Virus record (IMG/VR): IMGVR_UViG_3300043466_001817 | Location: 30,096 to 94,095 of that record | Reading direction: 5' to 3' (one strand) | DNA: 64,000 bases | Source of the DNA: a virus | In this document: positions 44,475 through 55,078 of the stretch, in pieces | Layout: each line of letters opens with the position of its first letter | How positions within the stretch are numbered: position 1 is the stretch's first letter | Program-made: the position numbers and the translations under genes | The notes under the pieces: model-generated | Told to the model about the DNA's origin: nothing | Seen by the model: the letters and a program-made list of their open reading frames with translations, nothing else | The model's database searches: none

Positions 44475-47400
44475 ATGCCAAAAAAAGGTTGTTGTTCTTG
44501 TAATGTAACTAGTTGCTGTGCTCAACATAATTACACCAATAATGTTGCCATGATTGGTGATTTATTAGTTGATGATGAATTTAAAATTAATGCTGAGGGT
44601 GAAATTGAACGAGATGATCAAGGTGACCCTATTTTAATAGAAAAATGTCAAGTATCACCAATACATAAAGATGATGAATTAATATTATTTCAAAGACCAT
44701 TTGTAAATGGTTTTTTTGGAGATAATTCTACAAGAGTATATAATAATGGTCAAAATGGAAATTGTAAATGTTTTTATGGTTATTCAACTTACAGACCACA
44801 AAGAACTAGAACTATAAGACAAAAATACAAATATATTGGTTGTCAATGGACTTGGTATCCACCAAAATTTTTATTTAATTATGATCAAAATATACCTCAG
44901 TGTGGCATAGCAGCACAAAAAAATCCAACAGACCCATTACCTTTTTATGCAAATTGTTTTGATTTTACTGTTGGATTAGGAAATGCCGGAAATGTTTCTG
45001 CTGGTTTTGCAGATGAAACAAATATGTGTCCATTGTGTACACAAATAAATCCAATGGTTACAAATTCAGACTTGAGAGACAATCAAGGAAATTATATTTT
45101 TAACATTTGGGGAGATGTTGAAAGCGGTAGGCCGCAAGTATCTTCTTTTTATGGAATAAAACCAATTGCTGGTGGAAATGGTTGGAGCACACAATTTATT
45201 TCAAGTTTATATCCTGGCCATGGAATAAATATAGGTTATTCATGCTGTACTTGTACAAATGAAAATCCAAATGTTACAGTAATAAGACCAGAAGCAGGAA
45301 CAAGTTGTTGGATGAAATCCTCTGTTCCAGTAGTTGATGGTGAGTGTTTAAATTTAAATGTTGTTAGAAGTAATGTAAACAATCAAAATAATCAGGAGCC
45401 ACCATTATATAAAGATGGCGGTATTTTTTATTCTACTTTTGAAAATAGAATTAATGGGAGATTAGCAAAAGCAGAAATTAATGAATCTTCAACATTTATA
45501 ATGGGGCAGGGAACAGATCCAGCATATTTTGTAGATAATAGATCTTTACCGGGTATTTCATACATACCATCATCTGGCGGATATTCACAAAATAATTGCA
45601 CATATTGTTCATTAAGCCCATATTTGAGAGACCTTGCACACAATCAATATACTTGGGCCTATGATTTATTTTGTGCAGGAAGAGTTGAAGGGGGTCCAGC
45701 AAAAACTTATAATTTTCCTTTAAGTTTTATAAAAACTGGAATGTGGAATTTGAATCCCTCTTCAGGAGAAGGTTTAAAACAAGAAAAAATAAATGGTGGC
45801 TCAACTGATGCTGATTCTGAAATGGAACAGTGGACTGAAGTTTTAGGAGAACATACTTTTTATAGCCAATTAGTTGGCATGGTTCAACTAGAACACTATT
45901 GGGAATATACTGGTGTAAATAAATCAGATTTAGATGCAGCAGTTAAAACAATCCCATATGGGATACAACCCGGTGGAGATGTGCAAAATAGATGGAACTA
46001 TTGGCTACAAAGAACAACTCCCAGAATGTTTGTTTTAAAATCTTCTGCAACTCCATTATTTATTTTTGATTTAGTTTATGCAGATAGATTAGGTATATTT
46101 AAAGCATTTGCCGATCCAGATCAGAGTGCAACTCAACCAGATGGCAATTCAGTCGATCCACCTACAATGACTATTGCTAAATTTTTAGCATATTTTAGTA
46201 CATTTTCAAATTCATACTCATTTATGGGAAATACTCCAATAGATGGAAGAGGTAGAGCACAATATCCGCCCGGATGTGATAAAGGTTATAAGCATGTAAG
46301 GATAGTTAAAGAAATTTTAGATGCTATGTCTGAAGCCGGTATAATTGGAACTAGAGATCACAGACAAGCCATATACAATGAAATAAAACAAATTATAGAG
46401 ACTGGAATTGAAAATGGAAGAAATGGAGCATATTATAAACCATGGGCACCAGGAAATTCGGTGTTTGTAACGCCATCTGATTTTGATAAATTATATGCAA
46501 AATATTACACACCTTATCAGAGAATGTGTACTCCAAAAGAAATGTTTCCAGAAGAAGGAGACACTGGGCTAGGATTATTTGGACCAATAAGAAAAATTAT
46601 ACCACCTTCATATTTGACTTTTCCAGATTTAAAGTGGAATGCAAGTGATTGGAAAAATAATCATGATGGTGAACAGCCACCAGCACAACCTCCATTTTTA
46701 TATATGGCAAATACAGTAGATCCAGATGATATTTTCAATGAAAAAAATATACCTATTGTAAATTGCAGAACTGGTGGGAATCTTGGAGATAAAGAAAGAA
46801 AAAGAAAAATACAAAATCTTCAATTTTCAAAATATTATGGTAATGGATATTACAATGTGGATTCTCCTGATTATGTAAATAGTCAATTATTTTTTAGAGC
46901 AATTCCCGGTAGGTGGTCATTTGTAAAATGGGCATCGATGACAACTATGAATGAATGGTGTAACCGCCAAACAAATCCATGTAGTGCATATGAAATATAC
47001 GGAGCCGGATCACCACCATCTACTGGAGAGCCCGGTTATCTTTGGCATTCTGAAGGTGTTCGTACAATTTTATACAATTATGGTGATGATTTATTTGGAA
47101 ACGGATATCCTGGAATGTGTAATGGAATAAATCCAAAATTGATAACACCAAGACCAATTCAAGGGTCCCCTCCCGGTACAAATTGTGGAGACAATACCAC
47201 AGATCAAATAAACACTTCTGTATACAGAACATCAAGTGCAAATTGTGGATTCCAGTCAATAGCATGGGATGCCAGTGGAGCACCGAGCACAGTTAGATGT
47301 ACTCCTGTTTGTACGCCACCAAATGATTCCTGCTGCAACAGAGAAGTATTTTATTGTGGTTGTGAGTGCTCTGCAATAAAAGATTGTGCAAATCAAAATA

Positions 47401-48398
47401 TTGCAGTAAATGGAAATAGCAATTGGAATTCAAATTTAACATGTGAACAATTATTTGGTAGATCTTGTTGTCAATGTATTGGGAGAGATCCAGAAGAAAA
47501 TCTAACAGTTCAGGAATATATTGATCTATTAACTGGTCCTGAAAGAAAATGCGAAACTTGCGGTGATGATTGTAATTTTGGTTGTCCAGATGAAACACAA
47601 CAACCATTTACATTTACCGATAATATTGAAACTGTCAAAGATGACGATGATTTGAACAAATTATTACCACCAGAATCTGTAGCAGATGACAGAGATTATA
47701 TTTTTAAAGGTCTTTTTGGTAGCGGTGACCCAAATATTCCTAGTATAGGAGATGGTGAAAGTGGTGGTGGACAAAATCCATGTGAAGTAACTGGCTGTGA
47801 TAATATTGAAACTGGTCCACAATTAGGCGTCGGAGCATGTGATCCAAATTGTGGATATAATGGAATTGCATATGACAAACTTGCATTTGTATTGCAACAA
47901 AATAATTATAACTGGAGTAAAAATCCAATTACTAGTGATGGAGATGATTGTCCTCTATGCACGTGCTCTGGATATAATACTTGCTATGTAAGGTTTGCTG
48001 GAAAAGTTCAAAATTATTTACCAAATGCACAAACTGGATTTTATGAACCACAAGAGAGTAATGACGGAAATCTATTTGATACTGGACCAATAAACATGGA
48101 AACACCCATTCATTTAGTTCCAACTAGTATTGATGGTGGTGCGGGTAAAGCGGCGGTAGCGTGGCTATCGTGCAGTGATTATAATACTTGTGGTGACCCA
48201 GCAAGCAAACCATGTGTATGCAATACTCAAATTAGTTTTAATGATTTATTATGTCCGGGTGCTGTTGCCAAAGCATATACCCTTGGTCCCGATTGCAATA
48301 TTGGAAATAGATGGTGTGGGTATTATCGTTCAGGTAGAGTCATACTCGGTGAAATTAAAATTAGTGATGTGCTAGATCAAAATTATGAATATGTTTAA
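44475..48398 (+). CDS. Very large Cys-rich late protein, probably virion surface
   Basis: 1307 aa; Cys clusters at both ends; CTAAATA upstream. Confidence 0.65.
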   Translation: MPKKGCCSCNVTSCCAQHNYTNNVAMIGDLLVDDEFKINAEGEIERDDQGDPILIEKCQVSPIHKDDELILFQRPFVNGFFGDNSTRVYNNGQNGNCKCFYGYSTYRPQRTRTIRQKYKYIGCQWTWYPPKFLFNYDQNIPQCGIAAQKNPTDPLPFYANCFDFTVGLGNAGNVSAGFADETNMCPLCTQINPMVTNSDLRDNQGNYIFNIWGDVESGRPQVSSFYGIKPIAGGNGWSTQFISSLYPGHGINIGYSCCTCTNENPNVTVIRPEAGTSCWMKSSVPVVDGECLNLNVVRSNVNNQNNQEPPLYKDGGIFYSTFENRINGRLAKAEINESSTFIMGQGTDPAYFVDNRSLPGISYIPSSGGYSQNNCTYCSLSPYLRDLAHNQYTWAYDLFCAGRVEGGPAKTYNFPLSFIKTGMWNLNPSSGEGLKQEKINGGSTDADSEMEQWTEVLGEHTFYSQLVGMVQLEHYWEYTGVNKSDLDAAVKTIPYGIQPGGDVQNRWNYWLQRTTPRMFVLKSSATPLFIFDLVYADRLGIFKAFADPDQSATQPDGNSVDPPTMTIAKFLAYFSTFSNSYSFMGNTPIDGRGRAQYPPGCDKGYKHVRIVKEILDAMSEAGIIGTRDHRQAIYNEIKQIIETGIENGRNGAYYKPWAPGNSVFVTPSDFDKLYAKYYTPYQRMCTPKEMFPEEGDTGLGLFGPIRKIIPPSYLTFPDLKWNASDWKNNHDGEQPPAQPPFLYMANTVDPDDIFNEKNIPIVNCRTGGNLGDKERKRKIQNLQFSKYYGNGYYNVDSPDYVNSQLFFRAIPGRWSFVKWASMTTMNEWCNRQTNPCSAYEIYGAGSPPSTGEPGYLWHSEGVRTILYNYGDDLFGNGYPGMCNGINPKLITPRPIQGSPPGTNCGDNTTDQINTSVYRTSSANCGFQSIAWDASGAPSTVRCTPVCTPPNDSCCNREVFYCGCECSAIKDCANQNIAVNGNSNWNSNLTCEQLFGRSCCQCIGRDPEENLTVQEYIDLLTGPERKCETCGDDCNFGCPDETQQPFTFTDNIETVKDDDDLNKLLPPESVADDRDYIFKGLFGSGDPNIPSIGDGESGGGQNPCEVTGCDNIETGPQLGVGACDPNCGYNGIAYDKLAFVLQQNNYNWSKNPITSDGDDCPLCTCSGYNTCYVRFAGKVQNYLPNAQTGFYEPQESNDGNLFDTGPINMETPIHLVPTSIDGGAGKAAVAWLSCSDYNTCGDPASKPCVCNTQISFNDLLCPGAVAKAYTLGPDCNIGNRWCGYYRSGRVILGEIKISDVLDQNYEYV

Positions 48399-48409
48399 AG
48401 GATTTATAA

Positions 48410-48883
48410 ATGACACATAATGGTAATAAAACAGTTGTTGTAAATGGAAATATGATGGAAGTAAATATTTCCGATCTTTTAGATTTAACGGATGCAAAAC
48501 AAATGAAGATATTTAATGAAGAAAGAAAAAAAAGATTTAAACCGTCTTTTTATTGTGGGTTTGGTATTAAAAGTTTTGGTTTGGGAAATGTTATAGACAA
48601 AATAACAACTTATACTGGAATTAAAAAAATTATTAAATTAATTTTTAAAGAATGTGGTTGTGAAAAACGAAGAATTTATTTTAATAAATGGAATATATAC
48701 GTACCATATTTTTTTATTAAATTAAATTTAAAATCTTCAATAAAAGATATTGAACCAGTGCCAATGACACAGATTAAATTGTCGGATCCTAGCGATGATG
48801 GTATTAAAAATATAAAAATACCAAGATCTGTGGTAAAAAAATCAAACTCGGGATGTGGTTGCAATAAAAAATTCAATAAATAA
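48410..48883 (+). CDS. Hypothetical protein with GLG...CGC motif
   Basis: GLGNVIDKIT..TGIK...CGCEKRR; ends GCGCNKK. Confidence 0.55.
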   Translation: MTHNGNKTVVVNGNMMEVNISDLLDLTDAKQMKIFNEERKKRFKPSFYCGFGIKSFGLGNVIDKITTYTGIKKIIKLIFKECGCEKRRIYFNKWNIYVPYFFIKLNLKSSIKDIEPVPMTQIKLSDPSDDGIKNIKIPRSVVKKSNSGCGCNKKFNK

Positions 48884-48887
48884 TTAT

Positions 48888-49097
48888 ATGGCTAAAGGTA
48901 AAATTAAAAACACCAAAAAAAAGCCTACTGAAAACAAGTACTATTACTTTGTTGCTCATGTAGATCCTAATGGTGATGTCATTCCCCTTTTATTGACAGA
49001 TATTGAGTTTGAAAAAGCCAAAGCAAGGGCAGAACGAAATCCTGAAGACGTCCCAGTGGATTTCATTGCTTTTACACAATGCCACAAGGATAAATAA
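48888..49097 (+). CDS. Small conserved T4-like protein
   Basis: LLLTD.E..KA..RA.RNPED motif. Confidence 0.55.
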   Translation: MAKGKIKNTKKKPTENKYYYFVAHVDPNGDVIPLLLTDIEFEKAKARAERNPEDVPVDFIAFTQCHKDK

Positions 49098-49103
49098 TTT
49101 ACC

Positions 49104-49466
49104 ATGACATGCGTACAAAAATTAATAAACTTTCAAAATGAGATTAGACTCCATCACTGGGGAACTAAATCTTATTCAGCACACAAAGCTCTAGGAAATT
49201 TATATGAAGGTCTTGATGATTTAATTGATACTTTTACTGAAACATATATTGGTGTTTATGGAAAAGAAAAAATTAAACAAATTTCAGATCTTCAACTAAA
49301 TGGTCCATACAGAACATCTGCCGAACAAGTAGTAAATTCTCTTGAAGATTATTTAATGAATGAAATTGAAAAAGAAATAGAAAAAGACCAAACATCATTG
49401 TTAAATATACGTGATGAGATGCTTGGTCTGGCCCAACAAACCAAGTATCTCCTGACGCTCACCTGA
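49104..49466 (+). CDS. Ferritin/Dps-like protein (DUF5856-like)
   Basis: HWGTKSYSAHKALG.LYE.L..LIDTF.E...LNIRDEM...TKYLLTL. Confidence 0.75.
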   Translation: MTCVQKLINFQNEIRLHHWGTKSYSAHKALGNLYEGLDDLIDTFTETYIGVYGKEKIKQISDLQLNGPYRTSAEQVVNSLEDYLMNEIEKEIEKDQTSLLNIRDEMLGLAQQTKYLLTLT

Positions 49467-49480
49467 GCACAGGAGTAAAA

Positions 49481-49852
49481 ATGAAGATTTCAGAGTTAGT
49501 TTACGAAATTCGGTCTCTAGCTCGCAAGGAAACAGATCCCTTAAAGAAGGATCTGTTTTTTCAATGTGCCAAAGCACTTGAAGTGTGTGGTAATCTCGCA
49601 AAGGTTGCAGATCTCGTTGTTGCAGAGCATTACACAACACTAAAGCCAGCAGTAAATGAGTTAGATGAAATCAAATGGCCTATTGATGAAGTTACAATCA
49701 AAGGACTTGAAGATCATCTAAATGAATTAGAACGCTGCAGCATGTTGGAAAAAAATGATCGTTGGCCATATGGAGCAGACATTTTTTCTAAGTTTACTGT
49801 TCCTGTAGCAATCGAACATCTACAAAAGGAATCAGAGCAGAATAAATCTTAG
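49481..49852 (+). CDS. Hypothetical protein
   Basis: AGGAG RBS. Confidence 0.55.
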   Translation: MKISELVYEIRSLARKETDPLKKDLFFQCAKALEVCGNLAKVADLVVAEHYTTLKPAVNELDEIKWPIDEVTIKGLEDHLNELERCSMLEKNDRWPYGADIFSKFTVPVAIEHLQKESEQNKS

Positions 49853-50414
49853 GTGGAATTGTTTTGTGACTTTTGACCTTCATAGTCGAAGGCATTAGTT
49901 TCATTATAATTCTGCTCTTGTAAGGACTCTTTTTGTACATCCAATATCTTCTTGTTTCTTCCATCAAGAAGTGGGTGTAGATGTAACAGTTGGCTTGCTT
50001 GGCATAATACTTGGTATCTATTGGAAGATTAAATTGCTTTATTAATTTCATAGCGCGTTTTTCACAATCGCGTTCCATAGCACGAACCAAGAAAAAAGCC
50101 CTCTTTACAGTTTGAGGGTTGTAGTCTTTTCCAAGCAACCAATTTTCTACTATTACGGAAGCTTTGTCCGATTTTCTATAAATTTGTATGTCGTTTATAT
50201 ATTGGAGGAAATGGCAATATTCATGAACTAGGGTGGATAAAAAGCCTTCCCCGTTGCCCGCCATTTTTATCAAAATTTCTCTATCGTCAAAGAATCCGGG
50301 GCACATTATGCCATTGCAGTTAACCTGCTTGCCTTTTCCAATTACCAATTTTCCACCGTATTGTTTTAAGTGATCTCTCACAAACTTTACGAACTGATTG
50401 ATTCCCTGTGCCAT
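49794..50414 (-). CDS. HExxH metallopeptidase-like protein
   Basis: TLVHEYCHFLQ...ERDCE. Confidence 0.65.
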   Translation of the reverse strand: MAQGINQFVKFVRDHLKQYGGKLVIGKGKQVNCNGIMCPGFFDDREILIKMAGNGEGFLSTLVHEYCHFLQYINDIQIYRKSDKASVIVENWLLGKDYNPQTVKRAFFLVRAMERDCEKRAMKLIKQFNLPIDTKYYAKQANCYIYTHFLMEETRRYWMYKKSPYKSRIIMKLMPSTMKVKSHKTIPPKIYSALIPFVDVRLLQEQ

Positions 50415-50507
50415 AGGACCTCCTCAGCCGTATTATTTAGGATAATACTTGACAGTCAAGAATTGGGTGCTATATTATAGCAACTTCTTATAAGAAAGGA
50501 AAGTGTT

Positions 50508-50744
50508 ATGGAAATTACTACTGTTGATCGTCCGACCAAGATTCAGAGAGTGTTTGATTACATGCGTTCTGGCCGTCCGCTAACGGCTGGAGAGGCACGG
50601 AAGCGTTTCCGCGTCAGCAACATGCGCGCCACGATGCATGACCTCAAGGAGGCGTTTGACCGCCTTGACAGCAACTACACCGTAGTTCGCATGACCCAGA
50701 ATGGTCGTAGCTACTACAAGGTTACTCGTAACCGCGCTCGTTAA
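50508..50744 (+). CDS. Small winged-helix DNA-binding protein
   Basis: LTAGEARKRFRVSNMRATMHDLK; TTGACA promoter; terminator at 50765-50794. Confidence 0.65.
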   Translation: MEITTVDRPTKIQRVFDYMRSGRPLTAGEARKRFRVSNMRATMHDLKEAFDRLDSNYTVVRMTQNGRSYYKVTRNRAR

Positions 50745-50792
50745 AATTTGTAGTTAAACATTCAAAAACCCTCCCATGTGGGAGGGTTTTTT

Positions 50793-52085
50793 TTATAGAT
50801 ACAATTCTACTGTAAGTTGGGCTGGACCAGAGAACACACAATATAAAGTTTTTGGAAGTGATGTTCCATACAATAGTAAAATATAACTTTGATCATACCC
50901 AGGAATTCCAGATTTATAATAACCTGATATTAATTTTTGTTGTAAATTGGAATCTGTGTATATATCTACACTCCATCCTTGAAGTGATATGTGGCTTAAA
51001 TCTAATTTAAGATTTCCAGTTATTGGTGTAAACGATAAAGATGAAATAACTGATGATGTTCCTGAATATGATCTATTAGTATAAATTGCATATTTTTGTG
51101 AAAATGTTACTTGATCTACAGTAATAGAACCAGGAGCAATTGAAAAATATACGCTATTTACATATGGAAGTGTTTTATTTCCATTTAAAGCATAAGAAGA
51201 ATATTCTATACCATTATCACAATCCTGACATGAACTCCAATACGAATAATATGTATTTCCTAAAGATTGAGCTCTTAAATACGATTGATATTCATTTTGA
51301 TTTTCATAGCAGTTTTCTTTTATTAAATTAAGATCATATACGACCAATGAACCAGTATTGTTTTGTGGTTTTTCAATTATTGAAACATTTGATTCACCGC
51401 GAATATAAAAATTTAATGTTGTTGAATTTGTTTTTAAATTTTGATTTGTTAGTGTTGAACCTGTAATATACAACAATTCAGTTTCGTCTTTTAATTTTAC
51501 AGAACCGTATGTTTTTATTCTTCCTGAATTTAAAGTAGATCCTACTATTTCAACATATTCCTCAAAATTAAATGCCGAACCAAGTACCCCAGAATCTTTA
51601 AATTTTGTATTTTTTTTGTTTGGCAGAGTATTGTAGATATAATTTGCGGCGGTTGCTCCACCAGTATAGCCAATATTTAATTGTGGAACACTTAAAAAGT
51701 TTTGTTTATCAAAGAATGTGTAATTTGATATTGCAGTAAATCCAGAAGATATTGTGCCTACTATTGTTTTATAATCATTAAAATTTGAAGAGTATGAAAA
51801 AGTTCCGCCGATATATGTTCTTATATTAGCTATTTCGTCATAATATTCTGTATTTGTAAAATAAACAGTACTTCCTACAGGAAGGTTTGAAAATATTCTT
51901 TTTAAAAATACTCTATCTGAATTATTGTATGTGTCAGAATAATCTATGTAACAAGTAGAACCGTCTATCGATATTGATGGAATTGTAACAAACCAGCATT
52001 TTTGAAAACATGGGTCCATTGTTGTTCCTTGAACAACAATCCCTGTATTTGTAATGCTGCGTACTTTATTAAGAATATATGACAT
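50793..52085 (-). CDS. Putative structural protein
   Basis: S/T/Y-rich beta-type composition; operon with next gene. Confidence 0.55.
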   Translation of the reverse strand: MSYILNKVRSITNTGIVVQGTTMDPCFQKCWFVTIPSISIDGSTCYIDYSDTYNNSDRVFLKRIFSNLPVGSTVYFTNTEYYDEIANIRTYIGGTFSYSSNFNDYKTIVGTISSGFTAISNYTFFDKQNFLSVPQLNIGYTGGATAANYIYNTLPNKKNTKFKDSGVLGSAFNFEEYVEIVGSTLNSGRIKTYGSVKLKDETELLYITGSTLTNQNLKTNSTTLNFYIRGESNVSIIEKPQNNTGSLVVYDLNLIKENCYENQNEYQSYLRAQSLGNTYYSYWSSCQDCDNGIEYSSYALNGNKTLPYVNSVYFSIAPGSITVDQVTFSQKYAIYTNRSYSGTSSVISSLSFTPITGNLKLDLSHISLQGWSVDIYTDSNLQQKLISGYYKSGIPGYDQSYILLLYGTSLPKTLYCVFSGPAQLTVELYL

Positions 52086-52088
52086 TTA

Positions 52089-53033
52089 TTACGATGCAAG
52101 GAAAGTTATAATTTGTGTTCCCGATCCTGCTTGTACCCAAATTTTATCTGTGTTTGATATATCCAAGAATATGTTATCACCGGGGTCCATTGCAAATCCA
52201 ACAGATCCGCCAGCAAAACCAGATGTATTACCTATATAGACGAAATCTGTATTTGTTGAAAGTGCTTTCAAATTTACACCTTTACTTGATGTAAATCCGG
52301 CAACGTCTAATTGCGAAGCAGAAGTTGTTGCACTTACACGATTATTTTTGAAAGAAGATGGACGAGTTATTGCAAAGCCACCAAGATCGCTTCTAAGACC
52401 TACAACCTGTCCATAAATGGCTGTCATACCGGAGAGAATTGCAACATCGTTTATGTTTGCAGTTCCACCTACGGTTACGTTTACTGCTGTTGCACCAGAA
52501 AGACCGACTACTGTTACTGTAGAAGGAATTGTTGCACTTATTGTTGCGCCGGTGATATTTACGTTCAACGCACCGTTTGTGTATGATAAAGAATTTCCGG
52601 CTTGATCGACTAGGTTTACATAAACATAAGTTAATCCAGATGGACCCCATACAGAAACAGAGTTTGTTGATTTGGAAAGTGGTACGCCACCAGTAACTTC
52701 TACTCTGTATCCGGTTGCAGTTGCAACATATATTGGAGAACTTGTAACGCCTGTTACAGTTACGGTTCCAGATACTGGAACTGGAGTTCCACCACCGATT
52801 CCTTGAACATTGATGGTTCCGGTAAATCCAGAAATTGTTGCTGTCATTCCAGCGGCTATTGTTACTGGTAATGGATTTGTAGAGTTGACCATTGTGGCAA
52901 CCGCATCAGTACCATATGCCAGTTTAATCAACTGGTAATGGCCTGTAATACCACCTGTGCCGACATAATCGGTGGCGATGCTTGCGGTTATACCAGATGT
53001 AGTGATTTGGATTGAGTCTGATGTTGCTCCCAT
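52089..53033 (-). CDS. Putative tail or fibre structural protein
   Basis: IATDY...HYQLIKLAYG...NPLPV; G/T-rich; CTAAATA upstream. Confidence 0.6.
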   Translation of the reverse strand: MGATSDSIQITTSGITASIATDYVGTGGITGHYQLIKLAYGTDAVATMVNSTNPLPVTIAAGMTATISGFTGTINVQGIGGGTPVPVSGTVTVTGVTSSPIYVATATGYRVEVTGGVPLSKSTNSVSVWGPSGLTYVYVNLVDQAGNSLSYTNGALNVNITGATISATIPSTVTVVGLSGATAVNVTVGGTANINDVAILSGMTAIYGQVVGLRSDLGGFAITRPSSFKNNRVSATTSASQLDVAGFTSSKGVNLKALSTNTDFVYIGNTSGFAGGSVGFAMDPGDNIFLDISNTDKIWVQAGSGTQIITFLAS

Positions 53034-53110
53034 AGGATCCTCTAAATAGTTCTAGAATATTTAGGTCTAAGTAATTATTGAACTTTATTATTTATGAGGT
53101 ATACTGTTAT

Positions 53111-53344
53111 ATGTACATTGATGATACAGCCAAAGAAAAATTTTCAAATAAGGTTTTAGAAAGAGTAAAATCTACTAAATTACCTTTTATGGATTGTGTT
53201 TTAGAACTTTCAGAAGAAATGGGATTAGATCCATCGGCTGCTGGAAAACTTCTTACAAAACCTTTAATTGAAAAAATTCAATATGAAGCCCAAGAATTGC
53301 ATTTGATTAAAAAATCCAAATCTCGTAAGCTTCCAATTGACTAA
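53111..53344 (+). CDS. gp33: Late promoter transcription co-activator
   Basis: MDCVL...KLLTKPLIEKIQYEAQELHL...KLP; upstream of gp32. Confidence 0.85.
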   Translation: MYIDDTAKEKFSNKVLERVKSTKLPFMDCVLELSEEMGLDPSAAGKLLTKPLIEKIQYEAQELHLIKKSKSRKLPID

Positions 53345-53411
53345 CTAAAACCGCGATATATACTATAGACAACTATTAGGCCGAGGTAGTTCCTCGGGGA
53401 AAGATAATACT

Positions 53412-54266
53412 ATGGGTTTTTCAGACTTTAAAAAGAAGAGTAAGAATTCAGTCGCATCCCTAACCGAGCGTCTTGACAAGATGAACTCCAAGGAGAGTTA
53501 CAAGGACGACCGTCTATGGAAGCCGGGAATTGACAAGGCAGGCAACGGATATGCCGTAATTCGCTTCCTACCGGAGATTGAGGGTGAGGATGCACCCTTT
53601 GTCGCAGTTTACAGCCACGCATTTAAAGGCAAGGGCGGCTGGCTATTCGAGAACTGCCCAACCACGCTAGGAGAGAAGTGCCCAATTTGCCAAGCCAATA
53701 CCGAACTGTGGAACAGTGGTATTGAGGATGACAAGAACATTGCTCGTAGCCGTAAGCGTAAATTGACTTACATCTCAAACATCCTTGTCCTTGAGGATCC
53801 TGCTAATCCAGAGAATAAAGGTAAAAACTTCCTCTATCAGTATGGTACCAAGATCTTTCAGAAGATCCAAGGCTTGGCCCATCCAGAATATCAAGATGAG
53901 GTTGCAGTTGATCCGTTTAACTTTTGGACTGGTGCAGACTTTAAAATCAAGATTCGCAATGTCGGCGGTTATGTAAACTATGACCGTTCGGAATTTGCAG
54001 CTCCAGCACCTCTATTTGCTGGAGATGACAAGAAGCTTGAGGAACTTTGGAAGAAGCAGTATTCTCTAAAGGAGTTTACTGACAAGAGTCAGTTCAAGAG
54101 TTACGAGGAACTACAGGCTCGTCTAAAGAAGGCAACTGGCGACGATATCCGTGCCCAGTTTACCGAGAAGACCATTGAGGATGATGTTACTGAGGACCCA
54201 GTGGCATCGGAGGAAATTGAGGAAAAGGATCCTCTAAAGTACTTCTCCGAAATGGAGAATGATTGA
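53412..54266 (+). CDS. gp32: Single-stranded DNA-binding protein
   Basis: DDRLWK..DKAGNGYAVIRFLP, ENCPTTLGEKCPIC, DPFNFWTGADFK; acidic tail. Confidence 0.95.
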   Translation: MGFSDFKKKSKNSVASLTERLDKMNSKESYKDDRLWKPGIDKAGNGYAVIRFLPEIEGEDAPFVAVYSHAFKGKGGWLFENCPTTLGEKCPICQANTELWNSGIEDDKNIARSRKRKLTYISNILVLEDPANPENKGKNFLYQYGTKIFQKIQGLAHPEYQDEVAVDPFNFWTGADFKIKIRNVGGYVNYDRSEFAAPAPLFAGDDKKLEELWKKQYSLKEFTDKSQFKSYEELQARLKKATGDDIRAQFTEKTIEDDVTEDPVASEEIEEKDPLKYFSEMEND

Positions 54267-54292
54267 GAAAAGCCCCGCAAGGGGCTTTTTTT
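54267..54292. terminator. Bidirectional terminator
   Basis: AAAAGCCCC-GCAA-GGGGCTTTT between convergent genes. Confidence 0.85.
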
Positions 54293-54890
54293 ATGCCCAT
54301 GTAGGTCTATCCATTGCCGATTCCGATCTATCATTAAACGCTAGATTGTTTGGTGATATTGTTGGCAATTCATCGTGAACATTTTTATGATCTGTATTTA
54401 AATTTGATGATTGTTGAATATATTGTGCAACATTTTCTAATGCAGGTACAATATCTTTAGTTATTGCTTTTTGAACTTGTTTGTTTACATCGGAATGACT
54501 AATCGGAGGCTGTTGATTTAATGTTGAACTTGTAAGTTGTTGTGATGCTAAAAAATTTGACAAAGACTTAAAAGTATCATTGTTGCTATCCAAACCAGTC
54601 ATCAAGGACGATTGATTCAACATATTAAATGCTGTAGATTGATCAAACTGCAATGTTTGCGATTCTAGTGCAATTGGAGGTTGATCTTGAGATCCCATAA
54701 CATTTTTTTCAAATTGGAATGGGTTAAATGAATCTGGTTTTGAAAAATCGGAAGCAAATGGATCTATTTTAATATTTTCCGACGGCATTGCCATATCACG
54801 ATACACAGTCGGTGTAGCAATTTTATCGCTAAATGCAGTTTTTTCTGCATCAACATTTATTTGAATTTTGTTATCTTCATTTATTGCCAT
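54291..54890 (-). CDS. Hypothetical protein in the baseplate-hub operon
   Basis: Coupled ORF. Confidence 0.55.
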   Translation of the reverse strand: MAINEDNKIQINVDAEKTAFSDKIATPTVYRDMAMPSENIKIDPFASDFSKPDSFNPFQFEKNVMGSQDQPPIALESQTLQFDQSTAFNMLNQSSLMTGLDSNNDTFKSLSNFLASQQLTSSTLNQQPPISHSDVNKQVQKAITKDIVPALENVAQYIQQSSNLNTDHKNVHDELPTISPNNLAFNDRSESAMDRPTWA

Positions 54891-55078
54891 TGGTTATTAA
54901 TTTCTTTTTCTCTTCTAAGTTGTTCTTGTTCTTCATTAAAATCAATTAACAATTTAACATACAATTCTCTTTCCCAAAACATCATATTATCAAGGTCGGC
55001 AATACTAAGATTTAATTGTTTAAACAAATTAAAATTTGTTTTGTAATAATCAATCAAGTCAAAGTATTTTACCGCCAA
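54881..55078 (-). CDS. gp51: Baseplate hub assembly catalyst
   Basis: YYKTNFNL...S..DLDNMMFWERELYV.LL. Confidence 0.8.
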   Translation of the reverse strand: MAVKYFDLIDYYKTNFNLFKQLNLSIADLDNMMFWERELYVKLLIDFNEEQEQLRREKEINNQWQ

